From the NCBI GenBank assembly GCA_035501595.1, contig DATJVX010000061.1, positions 66,233-130,232 on the forward strand: a DNA stretch of 64,000 nt. The letters are read 5' to 3'. Source of the DNA: Casimicrobiaceae bacterium. GTDB lineage: Bacteria; Pseudomonadota; Gammaproteobacteria; Burkholderiales; Casimicrobiaceae. The number at the start of each line of letters is the position of its first letter. Position 1 is the first letter of the stretch. Below are positions 43,858 to 54,401 of the stretch, piece after piece. The position numbers were made by a program, and so were the translations under genes. The notes under the pieces are model-generated. The model was not told the origin of the DNA. It made no database searches and saw only the letters and a program-made list of their open reading frames with translations.

Positions 43858-46800
43858 TCAACGAAAATCGCGCGAGCGGGTTACCAGCCTGCCGAGCAGC
43901 GCCGTCTGATCGCGCAAGCGCGCGGCGATGAGATGCATGACCTCGCCTTCGCGCTCGAGCGTGCCGTAGACGGTCATCAGGCTCGAGCGCAGGAGCTCCT
44001 TGCGCTGCCGCTCGGCGAGATCGTTCCAGACGATGACGTTGACCATGCCGGTCTCGTCCTCGAGCGTGACGAACGTGACGCCGCTCGCAGTGCCCGGACG
44101 CTGACGCCCGGTGACGAGCCCGGTGAAGCGTGCGGCGCGCCCGTGCGGCAGCGCCTTGAGCTCCACGGCCGTCGCCATGCGCTGGCGCGCGAGCCGCGCG
44201 CGCAGCAGCGCCAGCGGATGACGGCCCAGCGACAGGCCCAGGCTCGCGTAGTCGGCGACGATGTCTTCGCCTTCGCTGGGCGGCGCCAGCACCGCCGGCG
44301 CCTCGGCGATCGCCGAGCGCTCGAGCACTTCCGGCAATCGCTCGACGCCGGAGACGTCCCAGACCGCGCGGCGGCGATGGCCAGAGAGGCTGGCGAGGGC
44401 GCCGGCGGCCGCCAGCGCCTCGCTGTCGCGCGGGTTCAAGCTCGCGCGGCGAACGAGATCGTCCACGCTCGCGAACGGCGCCTGCTTGCGGGCACTCGCG
44501 ACACGCTTGCCGCCCGCCTCGGAAAGACCTTTGACGAGGCACAGACCTAGGCGGAGCGCGGGCTGCGGAATGGTCGTCCCCGCGCAAGCGGAGACCCGGC
44601 GTCGTTCGACAAAAGTCACGGGGTCCCGGCTCTCGCTGCGTTCGGCCGGGACGACGTCTGCCATCTCCTCCAGCGTGCACTCCCACTCGCTCACGCCCAC
44701 GTCGGGCGAGCGAACGATCACGTCGTGCCGGCGCAGATCCTGGACGAGCTGCGACGGCGAATAGAAGCCCATCGGCTGCGAATTCAAAAGCGCGCAGGTG
44801 AACGCCGCAGGCTCGTAGTGCTTGAGCCACGACGAGACGTAGACGAGCAGCGCAAAGCTGGCGCTGTGACTTTCCGGGAAGCCGTATTCCCCGAAGCCCA
44901 GGATCTGCTGATAGATCTGCCGGGCGAAGGATTCGTCGTAGCCGCGCTCGCGCATGCCGTCGACCAGCCGCTTCTCGAACGGCTCGAGCCCGCCCTTGCG
45001 CTTCCACGCCGCCATCGACCGGCGCAGCTGGTCGGATTCGCCGGGCGTGAACCCGGCTGCGACGACCGCGAGCTGCATCACCTGCTCCTGGAAGATCGGC
45101 ACGCCGAGCGTGCGCTCGAGCACGCCTTTCACCGCATCGCTGGGATAGCTCACCGGCTCGATGCCCTGCCGGCGGCGCAGATAGGGATGCACCATCCCGC
45201 CCTGGATCGGTCCCGGCCGGACGATCGCGACTTCGATCACCAGGTCGTAGAAGCTCTTGGGCTTCAACCGCGGCAGCATCGCCATCTGCGCGCGCGATTC
45301 GACCTGGAACACGCCCACGGTGTCGCCGTGGCCGATCATCTCGTAGACCGCCGGATCCTCGGATGGAATGTCGTTCAGCGCGAAGGGCTTCCCGTGCCGC
45401 GCCGCGACGAGATCGAGCGCGCGGCGGATCGCGGATAGCATGCCCAGCGCGAGCACGTCGACCTTCAGGAGCCCCAGCGCGTCGAGATCGTCCTTGTCCC
45501 ACTCGATCACCGTGCGCCCGGGCATCGCCGCGTTTTCCGTCGGCACGAGCTGTGCGAGCGGTCCGCGGGAGATCACGAAGCCGCCCGTGTGCTGCGACAA
45601 GTGCCGCGGGAAGCCCAGCAGCGTCGTCACCAGCTCGAACAGCCGCCGCATCACAGGGCTCTTAGGATCGAAGCCCGCTTCGGCCAGACGCTTCGGCAGC
45701 GCCTGCCGGCCGTCCCACCAGGCCATCGACTTCGCCAAGCGATCGACCTCGGCGAGATCGAGCCCGAGCGCCTTGCCGACGTCGCGCAGCGCCGATCGCG
45801 GCCGATAGCAGATCACGGTCGCGGTCAGCGCGGCGCGATCGCGGCCGTACTTGCCGTAGAGGTACTGGATGACTTCCTCGCGCCGCTGATGCTCGAAATC
45901 GACGTCGATGTCGGGAGGCTCGTTCCTCTCGCGCGAGATGAAGCGCTCGAAGAGCATCTCCATGCGCGACGGATCGACCGCGGTGATGCCGAGGCAGTAG
46001 CATACTGCCGAGTTCGCGGCCGACCCGCGTCCCTGGCAGAGAATCTCCTTCGAGCGCGCGAACTCGACCACGTCGTGGACGGTGAGGAAGAACGCCTCGT
46101 ATTTCGCCTCGGCGATGATCCGGAGCTCGTGCTCGATGAGCTTCCGCACCTTGGCGCGCTGCGCTTCGGTCGTGTCTTGCGGCGGGAACCGGCGGGCGAA
46201 GCCTTCCTCGGTGAGCCGCCGCAGGTAGGTGGTGGGCGTCTCGCCCTTCGGCACGATCTCGTCGGGATACTCGTAGCGCAGCTCGTCGAGCGAAAAGGCG
46301 CAGCGTGAGGCGATGCCCAGGGTCTCGGCGCGCCATGCGGGCGGGTAGATCCGCTCGAGGGTCGACAGCGGTCTCAAGTACCGCTCGCCGTTGGGAAACA
46401 ACGCGTGCCCGGCGTCGCGAACGGGCTTCCCGAGCCGGATCGCGGTCAGCGTGTCCTGCAGAGCGCGCCGATCGCGGCTGTGCATGTGAACGTCGCCCGC
46501 GGCCACGAGAGGGAGACCGGCGGCCGCGCCGATGGCGGCGAGCCGCTCGCAGCGCTCGTCATCGTCGGCGGCGAACAGGCGCTCCACGGCGATCCACGAT
46601 GCCTGCGGAAAGCGGCTCGCGAGCCAGCGCAGAGCCTCGGGGTCGGGATCGCTTTCCGGAAGCCACAGGGCGAGGCAGCCCGCGATGCCGTCCGCGAGAT
46701 CGCCGCGCGTCAGCCGATAGCAGCCCTTTTCGGCGTTGCGCCGGCCACGAGTGATCAGCGCCGAGAGATTGCCGTAACCCGCGCGGCTCGTCGCGAGCAG

Positions 46801-47028
46801 CACGAAGCGCATGCCGTCCTCGAGACGGAGCTCGGCGCCGACGATGAGCCGGAGGCTGCACTTCTTCGCCTCCACGTGCGCCCGGACCACGCCGGCGAGC
46901 GAGCATTCGTCGGTGATCGCCAGCGCCGCGTAGCCCAGCTCGCGGGCCCGCGCGACGAGCTCCTCGGGGTGCGACGCGCCGCGCAGAAAGCTGAAATTGC
47001 TGAGGCAGTGCAGCTCGGCGTATGGCAT
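43858..47028 (-). CDS. dnaE2: error-prone DNA polymerase III alpha-like subunit DnaE2 (ImuC)
   Basis: [48 protein letters not shown] (PHP domain) through 1056 aa, ATG 47028. The listed ORF has a 92-aa Arg-rich extension. Third gene of the imuA-imuB-dnaE2 cassette. Confidence 0.95.
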   Translation of the reverse strand: MPYAELHCLSNFSFLRGASHPEELVARARELGYAALAITDECSLAGVVRAHVEAKKCSLRLIVGAELRLEDGMRFVLLATSRAGYGNLSALITRGRRNAEKGCYRLTRGDLADGIAGCLALWLPESDPDPEALRWLASRFPQASWIAVERLFAADDDERCERLAAIGAAAGLPLVAAGDVHMHSRDRRALQDTLTAIRLGKPVRDAGHALFPNGERYLRPLSTLERIYPPAWRAETLGIASRCAFSLDELRYEYPDEIVPKGETPTTYLRRLTEEGFARRFPPQDTTEAQRAKVRKLIEHELRIIAEAKYEAFFLTVHDVVEFARSKEILCQGRGSAANSAVCYCLGITAVDPSRMEMLFERFISRERNEPPDIDVDFEHQRREEVIQYLYGKYGRDRAALTATVICYRPRSALRDVGKALGLDLAEVDRLAKSMAWWDGRQALPKRLAEAGFDPKSPVMRRLFELVTTLLGFPRHLSQHTGGFVISRGPLAQLVPTENAAMPGRTVIEWDKDDLDALGLLKVDVLALGMLSAIRRALDLVAARHGKPFALNDIPSEDPAVYEMIGHGDTVGVFQVESRAQMAMLPRLKPKSFYDLVIEVAIVRPGPIQGGMVHPYLRRRQGIEPVSYPSDAVKGVLERTLGVPIFQEQVMQLAVVAAGFTPGESDQLRRSMAAWKRKGGLEPFEKRLVDGMRERGYDESFARQIYQQILGFGEYGFPESHSASFALLVYVSSWLKHYEPAAFTCALLNSQPMGFYSPSQLVQDLRRHDVIVRSPDVGVSEWECTLEEMADVVPAERSESRDPVTFVERRRVSACAGTTIPQPALRLGLCLVKGLSEAGGKRVASARKQAPFASVDDLVRRASLNPRDSEALAAAGALASLSGHRRRAVWDVSGVERLPEVLERSAIAEAPAVLAPPSEGEDIVADYASLGLSLGRHPLALLRARLARQRMATAVELKALPHGRAARFTGLVTGRQRPGTASGVTFVTLEDETGMVNVIVWNDLAERQRKELLRSSLMTVYGTLEREGEVMHLIAARLRDQTALLGRLVTRSRDFR

Positions 47029-47032
47029 GACG

Positions 47033-48472
47033 TCATGCGAAAACGCCGTGCACGAACCATCGCCCGCCGCGATCGCGGTAAAGCCACAGCGCTTCGCCGC
47101 GCTCGTTGCGGCCGACGAAATAATCGCGTGCGGCGTCGTGGCCGTCCCACCAGCCGCTCTCGATGCGCTCCGGACCCGATTCGAGCTGCACCGAGGCCTC
47201 CGCGGGTCCGGCGGCGAGCGCGTGCGGCTCCGGGAGAAGCCACAGGGGACGCACCGGCGCCGGCCGCGAGGCATCGCCGCGCTGGCGCAACCCGGTCGCC
47301 GCACCGGACGCGTTCAGCGCGGGCTCCCATCGCCACGCGCGCTCCGGCCGGTGATCGGCCTGGAGCGCGAGCGAGCGCACGGCATCCTCGCCCAGGCGGG
47401 CGCGCAGCCGCTCGACGAGCTGCGCGCCGGCTTCGGAACTGGCGCCCGCCGCGAAGAAATCGCCGTCTCGTCCCGCGAGCGGAGCGATTTCCTCGGTCGC
47501 GAGCCGGATCGCCGCGACGCGATCCGGCAGCGTTTCGCGTGCGAGCCGCTCCCGCAGCACGGTCATGATGTGCTCGACCTGCCGCGTGGATCGCAAGCCC
47601 AGCCCGATCGAGGTCGGCGCCGTATCCCGGTGGACGAGGTCGCAGGCGAGCCGGGTGACGCCCGCCCCGCGGGCGTGCAGGAATCCGCAGAGCTCGACGA
47701 CGAGTCGCCGCGCACCGAACAGCAGCGCCTCGGCCTCCTCGACCGGCGCCGGCAATTCGAGCTGGCCCTCGTAGCGCTCGGGAGCCGTGAAAGGAGCGCG
47801 TGCTTCGGGGAGCTTCCCCAGCGCGCGGTCGACCTCGTCCAGGAGCGCCTGACCGAAGCGCCGGGCCACGCCGTCGCGCGGCAACGCGAGGAGCTCGCCG
47901 ATCGATTCCACGCCGACCGCCTGGAGCGTCGCGATCGAGCTTCGCGCGTGCCGCAACAGATCGACCGGCAGCGGCGCGAGAGCGCGCGCGAGGCTCGATG
48001 CGTCGATCTCGACCGCGCAGCCGGCGCGCGCGAGCAGGCTCGCCGCGCCGGCAGTCGGCGCCACGGCGATCGCGCTCTCGAAGCCCATCTCGTCGAGCCC
48101 GGCGCGAATCCGCTGCGCCAGCCGCTCGAGGCCCTCGAAGTAGCGCAGCACCCCGGCGACTTCCAGCAGCACGCAGCCTGGAAGCTCGATGCTGACCGCG
48201 GGCGTCCATTGTCCCGCCCACAGCGCGATGCGCTCGAGCGCCGCGGCTTCCGCGCGCTCGTCGCGCAGATGGACGACGAGATCCGGGTCGAGCGCCAGCG
48301 CCGCCGCGATCGACAGTCCGGCGACGACGCCGCGCTTCCTGGCCGCGACATTGGCGACGATCACATCGGGGCGATGACTGGCGCTCGCGGTGACGGCAGG
48401 CGATCGGCGCGCGTCGGCCCGCGCGAAAACCGCGAGCGGCAGGTCGGGGAACGAAAGGCAGATCCAGAGCAC
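47033..48472 (-). CDS. imuB: ImuB, Y-family-polymerase-like translesion synthesis protein
   Basis: 479 aa: [19 protein letters not shown]... is a typical ImuB N-terminus. Flanked by 4-nt gaps to imuA and dnaE2. Confidence 0.9.
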   Translation of the reverse strand: MLWICLSFPDLPLAVFARADARRSPAVTASASHRPDVIVANVAARKRGVVAGLSIAAALALDPDLVVHLRDERAEAAALERIALWAGQWTPAVSIELPGCVLLEVAGVLRYFEGLERLAQRIRAGLDEMGFESAIAVAPTAGAASLLARAGCAVEIDASSLARALAPLPVDLLRHARSSIATLQAVGVESIGELLALPRDGVARRFGQALLDEVDRALGKLPEARAPFTAPERYEGQLELPAPVEEAEALLFGARRLVVELCGFLHARGAGVTRLACDLVHRDTAPTSIGLGLRSTRQVEHIMTVLRERLARETLPDRVAAIRLATEEIAPLAGRDGDFFAAGASSEAGAQLVERLRARLGEDAVRSLALQADHRPERAWRWEPALNASGAATGLRQRGDASRPAPVRPLWLLPEPHALAAGPAEASVQLESGPERIESGWWDGHDAARDYFVGRNERGEALWLYRDRGGRWFVHGVFA

Positions 48473-48476
48473 CGGA

Positions 48477-49310
48477 TCATTCCCGGGACGTCCCGCGCGG
48501 ATCCGGGCCGGGCACGCGGCGGCCTTCGTCGGCGCGCACCAGCGCGCGATTCCAGATCCGGGCCGAGGGCATGCCGACGGGGTAGTGGCGATTGAAGCTC
48601 GGAGACAGGTTCCGCGGACCGGCCGCGCGGCGAACTGCGGTCAGAGGAGGCTTCGGCGGCAGCGAAGCCCCTTCGACGACTCTCGCCGGCGGCGCCGCCC
48701 CGAAGTCGATCGACACCGGTTTGCTGCAGACTCCGCCGCGGCGCTTGAACACGTCCAGCCGCAGCTCTCTCCCGACCGGCGACAAGCGCATGCGCAGCGG
48801 AGCCGGCGAAGCCGACGCTGCGCGCTCGCAGCCGGCGAAGAGGAACGCGATCGCTGCGGTCTCCTGCGTGGCCACGGCCAGGCGCCGCAGGCGCGCATCG
48901 TTGACCGACTGCGGCCAGAACAGCAGCCCGCCAACGCTGTCGGAACGCAGCACCTGTTCCGCCGCCCACCAGCGGTCCTTCTCCTCGCCGGCGTCGATGA
49001 CCATCGCCCGTCCCGGATCGATGCCGGCGCGCGAGAGCGCCGGGGCGTAGGGCAGGTGCGGCGGGGCGACCAGCGCGATCCACCGGCCCGAGTGCGCAAG
49101 CCTTGCCAGCGCCGGCAGGAGCAGCCGCAATTCGCCGATGCCTTCGCCGTCGATCAGGAGCTCGGTCAGCGAACCCTGCGGCCAGCCACCCCCGGGCAAT
49201 TCGCGGTCGAGCTCGGCAAAGCCGGTCGCCACGGCTCGCTCGACGCGTGCCTTGGCGTCGCCGCGCCAGAGCAAAGGGTTGTGGAGCAGTTGAGCGACCG
49301 CGGGCCTCAT
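48477..49310 (-). CDS. imuA: ImuA, RecA/SulA-fold translesion synthesis-associated protein
   Basis: 277 aa: ...ATGFAELDRELPGGGWPQGSLTELLIDGEGIGELRLLLPALARL...LFWP is the characteristic proteobacterial ImuA pattern. Confidence 0.88.
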   Translation of the reverse strand: MRPAVAQLLHNPLLWRGDAKARVERAVATGFAELDRELPGGGWPQGSLTELLIDGEGIGELRLLLPALARLAHSGRWIALVAPPHLPYAPALSRAGIDPGRAMVIDAGEEKDRWWAAEQVLRSDSVGGLLFWPQSVNDARLRRLAVATQETAAIAFLFAGCERAASASPAPLRMRLSPVGRELRLDVFKRRGGVCSKPVSIDFGAAPPARVVEGASLPPKPPLTAVRRAAGPRNLSPSFNRHYPVGMPSARIWNRALVRADEGRRVPGPDPRGTSRE

Positions 49311-49368
49311 GGCGGATCCAAGCCCGCCAGGCTTTCACCGGGCGAGCTTCGATCAGACAGGAGGGGAT

Positions 49369-49398
49369 AGTTTATCGAACGATCGTTCGATTTGGCAA
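49369..49398 (-). promoter_or_regulatory. putative imuA promoter (TTGCCA-N18-TAAACT) with an 18-bp perfect palindromic operator of the TCGAAC-N4-GTTCGA SOS-box type
   Basis: Minus strand: -35 TTGCCA (49398-49393) and -10 TAAACT (49374-49369). The spacer is essentially filled by ATCGAACGATCGTTCGAT (49374-49391), a perfect 18-bp palindrome 64 nt upstream of the imuA ATG. Confidence 0.55.
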
Positions 49399-49410
49399 GC
49401 CCGGAGGATA

Positions 49411-49500
49411 ATGCTCCCGAAAAGGGACCCCATGCCCGCGATCCCACGGCCACGCAACCCAGCGGCGCTCGGAGCAGGAGACGCCGCGCTCCAGGCATGA
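49411..49500 (+). CDS. possible 29-codon upstream ORF translationally coupled to the Memo-like gene
   Basis: GGAGG (49403-49407), then ATG 49411: MLPKRDPMPAIPRPRNPAALGAGDAALQA. Its TGA (49498-49500) overlaps ATG 49497 of the next gene (ATGA), which has no Shine-Dalgarno of its own. No homology evidence. Confidence 0.3.
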   Translation: MLPKRDPMPAIPRPRNPAALGAGDAALQA

Positions 49501-50522
49501 CCCTGCGCGGGCTCGCCGATCCGGTCGGCTTCGCCCATCGGGCCTCGCAGATGGATCGTCTGATGGAGCGCATGCTCGCGCGCGACGGCGCGAGACTGGA
49601 GCGCATGCTCGCCGAAAGAGGGATCGAGGCGGCCGATCGCTGGCGCATGGCGATCGCGCCGCACGACGATTATGCATACGCCGGCTTCATGTACCCGCTG
49701 GTGCTGCGCAACCTGACCGCCGCCACCGTGGTCGTCTTCGGCGTCGCCCACAAGGCGCGCCAGCTCGACCTGGAAGATGCGCTGGTCTTCGACAGCTTCA
49801 CCCACTGGCGCGGCCCGTACGGTGATATCCCGGTTTCGCCGCTGCGCGAGAAGCTCATGGACCGGCTGCCTCCCCGGAGCTTCGTCGTGAGCGACGAGAT
49901 GCAATCGATCGAGCATTCGGTCGAGGCGAAGCTTCCCTTCCTGCAGCGCGCCAATCGCTCGATCAGCTTCGTGCCGATCCTCGTCCCGTTCATGTCCTTC
50001 GCGCGCATGGACGCGCTCGCACTGCCGCTCGCCCGCGCACTGGCGGCGAGCCTCGGCGAGGAACGGCTCGAGTGGGGAAGCGACATCGCGCTGCTCTCCT
50101 CGACCGACGCGGTCCACTACGGGGACGAAGGCTGGAACGGCAGGAATTTCGCGCGCTACGGGGTCGATGCCGCGGGCTACGACGAGGCGCTGCGGCACGA
50201 GGCGCGGATCATGGCCGATTGCTTCGCGGGTGCACTGTCGCCCGAAAGGGTCGAGCGCTTCACGCGCTATACGCTCGCGGACCACGACCACCGCGAATAC
50301 AAGTGGACGTGGTGCGGGCGCTACTCGGTGCCCTTCGGCTTGCTCGTCGCCTGGCACCTCGCGCGGGTTCGAGACGCGCCGGCGCTGTCAGGCACGATCC
50401 TCGGCTACGCGACCTCGCTCGACGATCAGCGCATCGCGGTCGACGACCTCGACGGCATGGGCGTGACCGCCCCCGCCACCTTGCGACACTGGGTCGGCTA
50501 CGCCGCGGTGGGCTACCGCTAG
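49497..50522 (+). CDS. MEMO1 / AmmeMemoRadiSam system protein B-family protein
   Basis: MTLRGLADPVGFAHRASQMDRLMERML... IAPHDDYAYAGFMY ... SIEHSVEAKLPFL ... STDAVHYG resembles the Memo-like fold motifs. The listed ORF starts at 49392 inside the palindrome, which is unlikely. Confidence 0.75.
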   Translation: MTLRGLADPVGFAHRASQMDRLMERMLARDGARLERMLAERGIEAADRWRMAIAPHDDYAYAGFMYPLVLRNLTAATVVVFGVAHKARQLDLEDALVFDSFTHWRGPYGDIPVSPLREKLMDRLPPRSFVVSDEMQSIEHSVEAKLPFLQRANRSISFVPILVPFMSFARMDALALPLARALAASLGEERLEWGSDIALLSSTDAVHYGDEGWNGRNFARYGVDAAGYDEALRHEARIMADCFAGALSPERVERFTRYTLADHDHREYKWTWCGRYSVPFGLLVAWHLARVRDAPALSGTILGYATSLDDQRIAVDDLDGMGVTAPATLRHWVGYAAVGYR

Positions 50523-50557
50523 CCCGGGCCCGGGTGGGCGAAGCCAACGGCGGAGAT

Positions 50558-50590
50558 CCCGGGCACCGCGCGTTCGCGCGGGAGCCCGGG
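50558..50590. terminator. long GC hairpin between convergent Memo-like and coxM-like genes
   Basis: CCCGGGC-a-CCGCGCG-tt-CGCGCGG-ga-GCCCGGG: 14 paired positions with small bulges and no T tract. Confidence 0.4.
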
Positions 50591-50597
50591 CTGCGGC

Positions 50598-51389
50598 TCA
50601 GGCCATCGCCGCGACCGCCCTCCCCGCCAGCACCGACACGAGGTGTGCGCGATACTCCGCCGATCCGTGCAGGTCGCTGTTGAGATGCCCCGGCGGGATC
50701 TTCACCGTCTTGGCTGCATCGGCGGTGAACGACTTGGCGAGCGCGTCCTCGATGGGCTTGGCGCGGTGCGCGTGGGACGCCGCCCCTGTGACGCCGACCC
50801 GCACGCCGCTCCCCGTCTGCGCGACGAAGACGCCGACCAGCGCGAAGCGCGACGCCGGCTGCGGGAACTTGACGTAGGCAGCCTTCTTCGGGATCGGGAA
50901 GCTCACCGCCGTGATGATCTCGTCGGCGCCGAGCGCGGTCTCGTAAAGACCCTTGAAGAAGTCGTCGGCGGAGATCTTGCGCTTGTTGGTCTGGATGGTG
51001 GCATTGAGCCCCACGACCGCGGCCGGATAGTCGGCCGCGGGATCGTTGTTGGCGATGGAGCCGCCGATCGTGCCGCGGTTGCGCACCTGGCGATCGCCGA
51101 TGCCCTCGGCGAGCGCGGCCAGCGCGGGAATCGCCTGCTGCACGGTCGACGACGACGCGACCTCCGCGTGCGTGGCGAGCGCGCCGATCACGATGGCGTC
51201 GCCCTCCTTCCGGATGCCCTTGAGTTCGGCGATGCCGGAGAGATCGACGACCGTGCCAGGGTTCGCGAGCCGAAGCTTCATCGCCCCCACCAGGCTCTGG
51301 CCGCCCGCCAGCGCCTTGCCGCCCGTCTTGGCGAGCGCGGCGACCGCGTCGGCCAGCGACTTCGCGCGCTGATATTCGACTGCGTACAT
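50598..51389 (-). CDS. FAD-binding medium subunit of a xanthine-dehydrogenase/CODH-family molybdoenzyme (CoxM-like)
   Basis: 263 aa: AGGQSLVGAMKLRLANP...NRGTIGGSIANNDPAADYPA (FAD_binding_5 / CO_deh_flav_C). Confidence 0.92.
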   Translation of the reverse strand: MYAVEYQRAKSLADAVAALAKTGGKALAGGQSLVGAMKLRLANPGTVVDLSGIAELKGIRKEGDAIVIGALATHAEVASSSTVQQAIPALAALAEGIGDRQVRNRGTIGGSIANNDPAADYPAAVVGLNATIQTNKRKISADDFFKGLYETALGADEIITAVSFPIPKKAAYVKFPQPASRFALVGVFVAQTGSGVRVGVTGAASHAHRAKPIEDALAKSFTADAAKTVKIPPGHLNSDLHGSAEYRAHLVSVLAGRAVAAMA

Positions 51390-51408
51390 GATGTCGTCTC
51401 CGATTGCG

Positions 51409-53775
51409 TTAGTGCTTCGCCGCCTGGATCGCGCTCCACACCCGGTGCGGCGATGCCGGCATGTCGATGCCCTTCACCCCGACGGCCGACAGCGCGTCGT
51501 GGACGGCGTTCATCAGCGCCGCCGGCGCGCCGATCGCCCCGGCTTCGCCGCAGCCCTTCACGCCCAGCGGGTTGTGCGTGCAGGGAGTGACCTTGGTCGC
51601 GACCTTGAACGACGGCAGATCGTCGGCGCGCGGCATGGCGTAGTCCATGTAGCTGCCGGTCAGCAGCTGCCCGCTCTCCTTGTCGTAGACGCAGGCCTCG
51701 AGCAGCGCCTGGCCGATGCCCTGCGCCAGCCCGCCGTGCACCTGCCCCTCGACGATCATCGGGTTGATGATGTTGCCGAAGTCGTCGCAGGCGGAGAAAT
51801 TGACGACCTGCACCGCGCCCGTGTCGGGATCGATCTCCACCTCGCAGATGTGCGTGCCCGCCGGGAAAGTGAAGTTGGTCGGATCGTAGAACGCCGTCTC
51901 GTCGAGGCCGGGCTCGAGCTTGTCCAGCGGATAGTTGTGCGGGACATAGGCCGCGAGCGCCACTTCGCCGAATGCCTTGCTGCGATCGGTCCCGGCCACG
52001 GTGAACTTGCCGTCCTTGAATTCGACGTCGGCTTCCGCCGCTTCGAGGAGGTGCGCAGCAATCTTGCGGCCCTTGGCGACGATCTTGTCCAGCGCCTTCA
52101 CGATCGCCGTACCGCCGACGGCGAGCGAGCGCGAGCCGTAGGTCCCCATGCCGAACGGGATGCGACCGGTGTCGCCGTGCACGACCTCGACGCTGTCGAT
52201 GGGAATGCCCAGCCGCGTCGCGACCACCTGCGCGAAGGTCGTCTCGTGCCCTTGCCCGTGGCTGTGCGATCCGGTGAACACCGTCACGCCGCCCGTGGGA
52301 TTGACGCGCACTTCGCCGGCCTCGTAGAGCCCGGCGCGCGCGCCGAGGGCGCCGGCGATGTTCGAGGGTGCGATGCCGCAGGCCTCGATGTACGACGCGT
52401 AGCCGAGGCCGCGCAGCTTGCCGCGTTTGGCCGCCTCGGCCTTGCGCGCCGAGAAGCCCTTCGCATCGGCGATCTTCATCGCCTCGTCGAGGCAGGCGTC
52501 GTAGCCGCCGACATCGTAGGTGAGCGCGACCGGCGTCTGGTACGGGAAGCTCCGGATGAAGTTGCGCCGCCGGATCTCGTCCTGGGCGATGCCCATCTCG
52601 GCGCCCGCGGCGTGCACCAGACGCTCGACGACGAAGGTCGCCTCGGGGCGTCCCGCACCGCGATACGCGTCGACCGGCGCCGTATTCGTGAACGAGGCAG
52701 TTACTTCGCAGTAGATGACCGGCGTCGTGTACTGGCCGGCGAGCAGCGTCGCGTACAGGATCGTCGGGATGCACGATGCGAAGGTCGAGAGATACGCCCC
52801 CATCGCGGCCGTCGTGTGCACGCGCATCGCCAGGAACTTTCCGTCCTTGTCCAGCGCGAGCTCCGCGTGAGTCATGTGGTCGCGCCCGTGAGCGTCGGAG
52901 AGGAACGACTCGCTGCGCTCGGCCGTCCACTTGATCGGCCGACCGACGCGCTTCGATGCCCACACCATCGCCGTCTCTTCAGGATAGAGATAGATCTTCG
53001 AGCCGAAGCCGCCGCCGACGTCCGGCGCGATCACGCGCACTTTCGTCTCCGGCAGGCCCAGCACGAAGGCCGTCATCAGCAGGCGCTCGACGTGCGGGTT
53101 CTGGCTCGTGACATAGAGCGTGTAGCTGTCGTCGGCGCGGCTGTAGCTCGCGACCGCCGCGCGCGGCTCGATCGCGTTGGGAATGAGGCGGTTGTTGACG
53201 ATGTCGAGCTTGGTCACGTGCGCCGCCTTGGCGAATGCGGCGTCGACCGCCGCTTTGTCGCCCAGCGCCCAGGTGTAGCACCTGTTCGCCGGCGCGCCGT
53301 CGTGGATCTGCGGCGCGCCGCTCTTGAGCGCGTCGACCGCGTTGACCACCGCCGGCAGCACCTGGTAGTCGACCTCGATCAGCTCGGCCGCGTCCTTCGC
53401 CTGCTCGGGCGTCTCGGCGATCACCATCGCCACGCCGTCGCCGACGTAGCGGACCTTGCCCTGCGCGAGCACCGGGTGCGGCGGCTCCTTCATCGGTTGG
53501 CCGTCGCTGCCGGTGATGAGCCACCCGCAGGGCAAGCCGTTGACGCCGGTCAGGTCGGCACCGGTGTAGATAGCGACGACGCCCGGCGCGCTCTTCGCCT
53601 TGCCCGTATCGATGCCGCGGATGCTGGCGTGCGCGTGCGGCGAGCGCAGGAAATAGGCGTGCGTGTGATGCGGCGGGTTCACGTCGTCGGTGTACTGCCC
53701 CGCGCCGATCAGGAAGCGCACGTCCTCCTTGCGCTTGACCGACTGGCCGATGAAATTCGTGTCGTTGGCGCCCAT
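51409..53775 (-). CDS. molybdopterin-binding large subunit, form-II CoxL-like (AYRGAGR active-site loop)
   Basis: [31 protein letters not shown]... 788 aa from ATG 53775 (GGAGG 5 nt upstream). Active-site loop [12 protein letters not shown] is encoded at 52648-52668, not the VAYRCSFR of bona fide CO dehydrogenases. Confidence 0.92.
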   Translation of the reverse strand: MGANDTNFIGQSVKRKEDVRFLIGAGQYTDDVNPPHHTHAYFLRSPHAHASIRGIDTGKAKSAPGVVAIYTGADLTGVNGLPCGWLITGSDGQPMKEPPHPVLAQGKVRYVGDGVAMVIAETPEQAKDAAELIEVDYQVLPAVVNAVDALKSGAPQIHDGAPANRCYTWALGDKAAVDAAFAKAAHVTKLDIVNNRLIPNAIEPRAAVASYSRADDSYTLYVTSQNPHVERLLMTAFVLGLPETKVRVIAPDVGGGFGSKIYLYPEETAMVWASKRVGRPIKWTAERSESFLSDAHGRDHMTHAELALDKDGKFLAMRVHTTAAMGAYLSTFASCIPTILYATLLAGQYTTPVIYCEVTASFTNTAPVDAYRGAGRPEATFVVERLVHAAGAEMGIAQDEIRRRNFIRSFPYQTPVALTYDVGGYDACLDEAMKIADAKGFSARKAEAAKRGKLRGLGYASYIEACGIAPSNIAGALGARAGLYEAGEVRVNPTGGVTVFTGSHSHGQGHETTFAQVVATRLGIPIDSVEVVHGDTGRIPFGMGTYGSRSLAVGGTAIVKALDKIVAKGRKIAAHLLEAAEADVEFKDGKFTVAGTDRSKAFGEVALAAYVPHNYPLDKLEPGLDETAFYDPTNFTFPAGTHICEVEIDPDTGAVQVVNFSACDDFGNIINPMIVEGQVHGGLAQGIGQALLEACVYDKESGQLLTGSYMDYAMPRADDLPSFKVATKVTPCTHNPLGVKGCGEAGAIGAPAALMNAVHDALSAVGVKGIDMPASPHRVWSAIQAAKH

Positions 53776-53777
53776 GG

Positions 53778-54248
53778 TCACCTCCGCATGGCCACGGCGC
53801 CCTGGGCGACCGCCTTGACGATGTTCTGGTAGCCGGTGCAGCGGCAGAGGTTGCCCTCCAGCTCGGCGCGGATCGTCTTCTCGTCGGCGTTGGGATGGCG
53901 CTGAACCAGATCGATGGCGCTCATCACCATGCCCGGGGTGCAGAAGCCGCACTGCAGCCCGTGGCATTCCTTGAAAGCCGCCTGCATCGGGTGCAGCTCG
54001 CCGTCCGCGGCGAGACCTTCGATGGTCGTGACCTTCGAGCCTTCGGCCTGGAGCGCGAGGATCGTGCACGCCTTCACGGCGCGGCCGTCGATGAGCACGG
54101 TGCACGCGCCGCACTGCCCGGTGTCGCAGCCGACGTGAGTGCCCGTAAGCGCGAGCTGCGTGCGGATGAAATCGACCAGCAGCGTGCGCGCATCGACCTC
54201 GGCGCGCACGGGCTTGCCGTTGATGGTGAACGAAAGCGGAACGGACAC
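53778..54248 (-). CDS. [2Fe-2S]-binding small subunit (CoxS-like)
   Basis: 156 aa with a GTG start after CAGGAGG. Cys clusters [11 protein letters not shown] and CGFCTPG...CRCTGY. Confidence 0.93.
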   Translation of the reverse strand: MSVPLSFTINGKPVRAEVDARTLLVDFIRTQLALTGTHVGCDTGQCGACTVLIDGRAVKACTILALQAEGSKVTTIEGLAADGELHPMQAAFKECHGLQCGFCTPGMVMSAIDLVQRHPNADEKTIRAELEGNLCRCTGYQNIVKAVAQGAVAMRR

Positions 54249-54401
54249 GAGCGACCTCCTGCGAATGGGTACCGGCGCTTTGGGAAGGAGTCTTCGAGAG
54301 CTTGTTGCGACGGCGAAGCTAGAATACTCCGCGTCGAAGGCGTCGGCAACGTGGCGGGACGGCCGGCGCGCGGTGCGGGTCCCGTCGCTCGCCGCCTCGC
54401 G

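Noticed and set aside
43806-50597. Looked for integrase or transposase genes, tRNA targets or terminal direct/inverted repeats flanking the imuABC/Memo block.
   Set aside because: None found by eye. The insertion idea therefore rests on gene order only (see findings) and no mobile element is called.
54319-54324. TAGAAT hexamer between coxS and the cytochrome c gene.
   Set aside because: It is on the plus strand while both flanking genes are on the minus strand. The minus-strand reading (TATTCT) is a weak -10, so no promoter is called.
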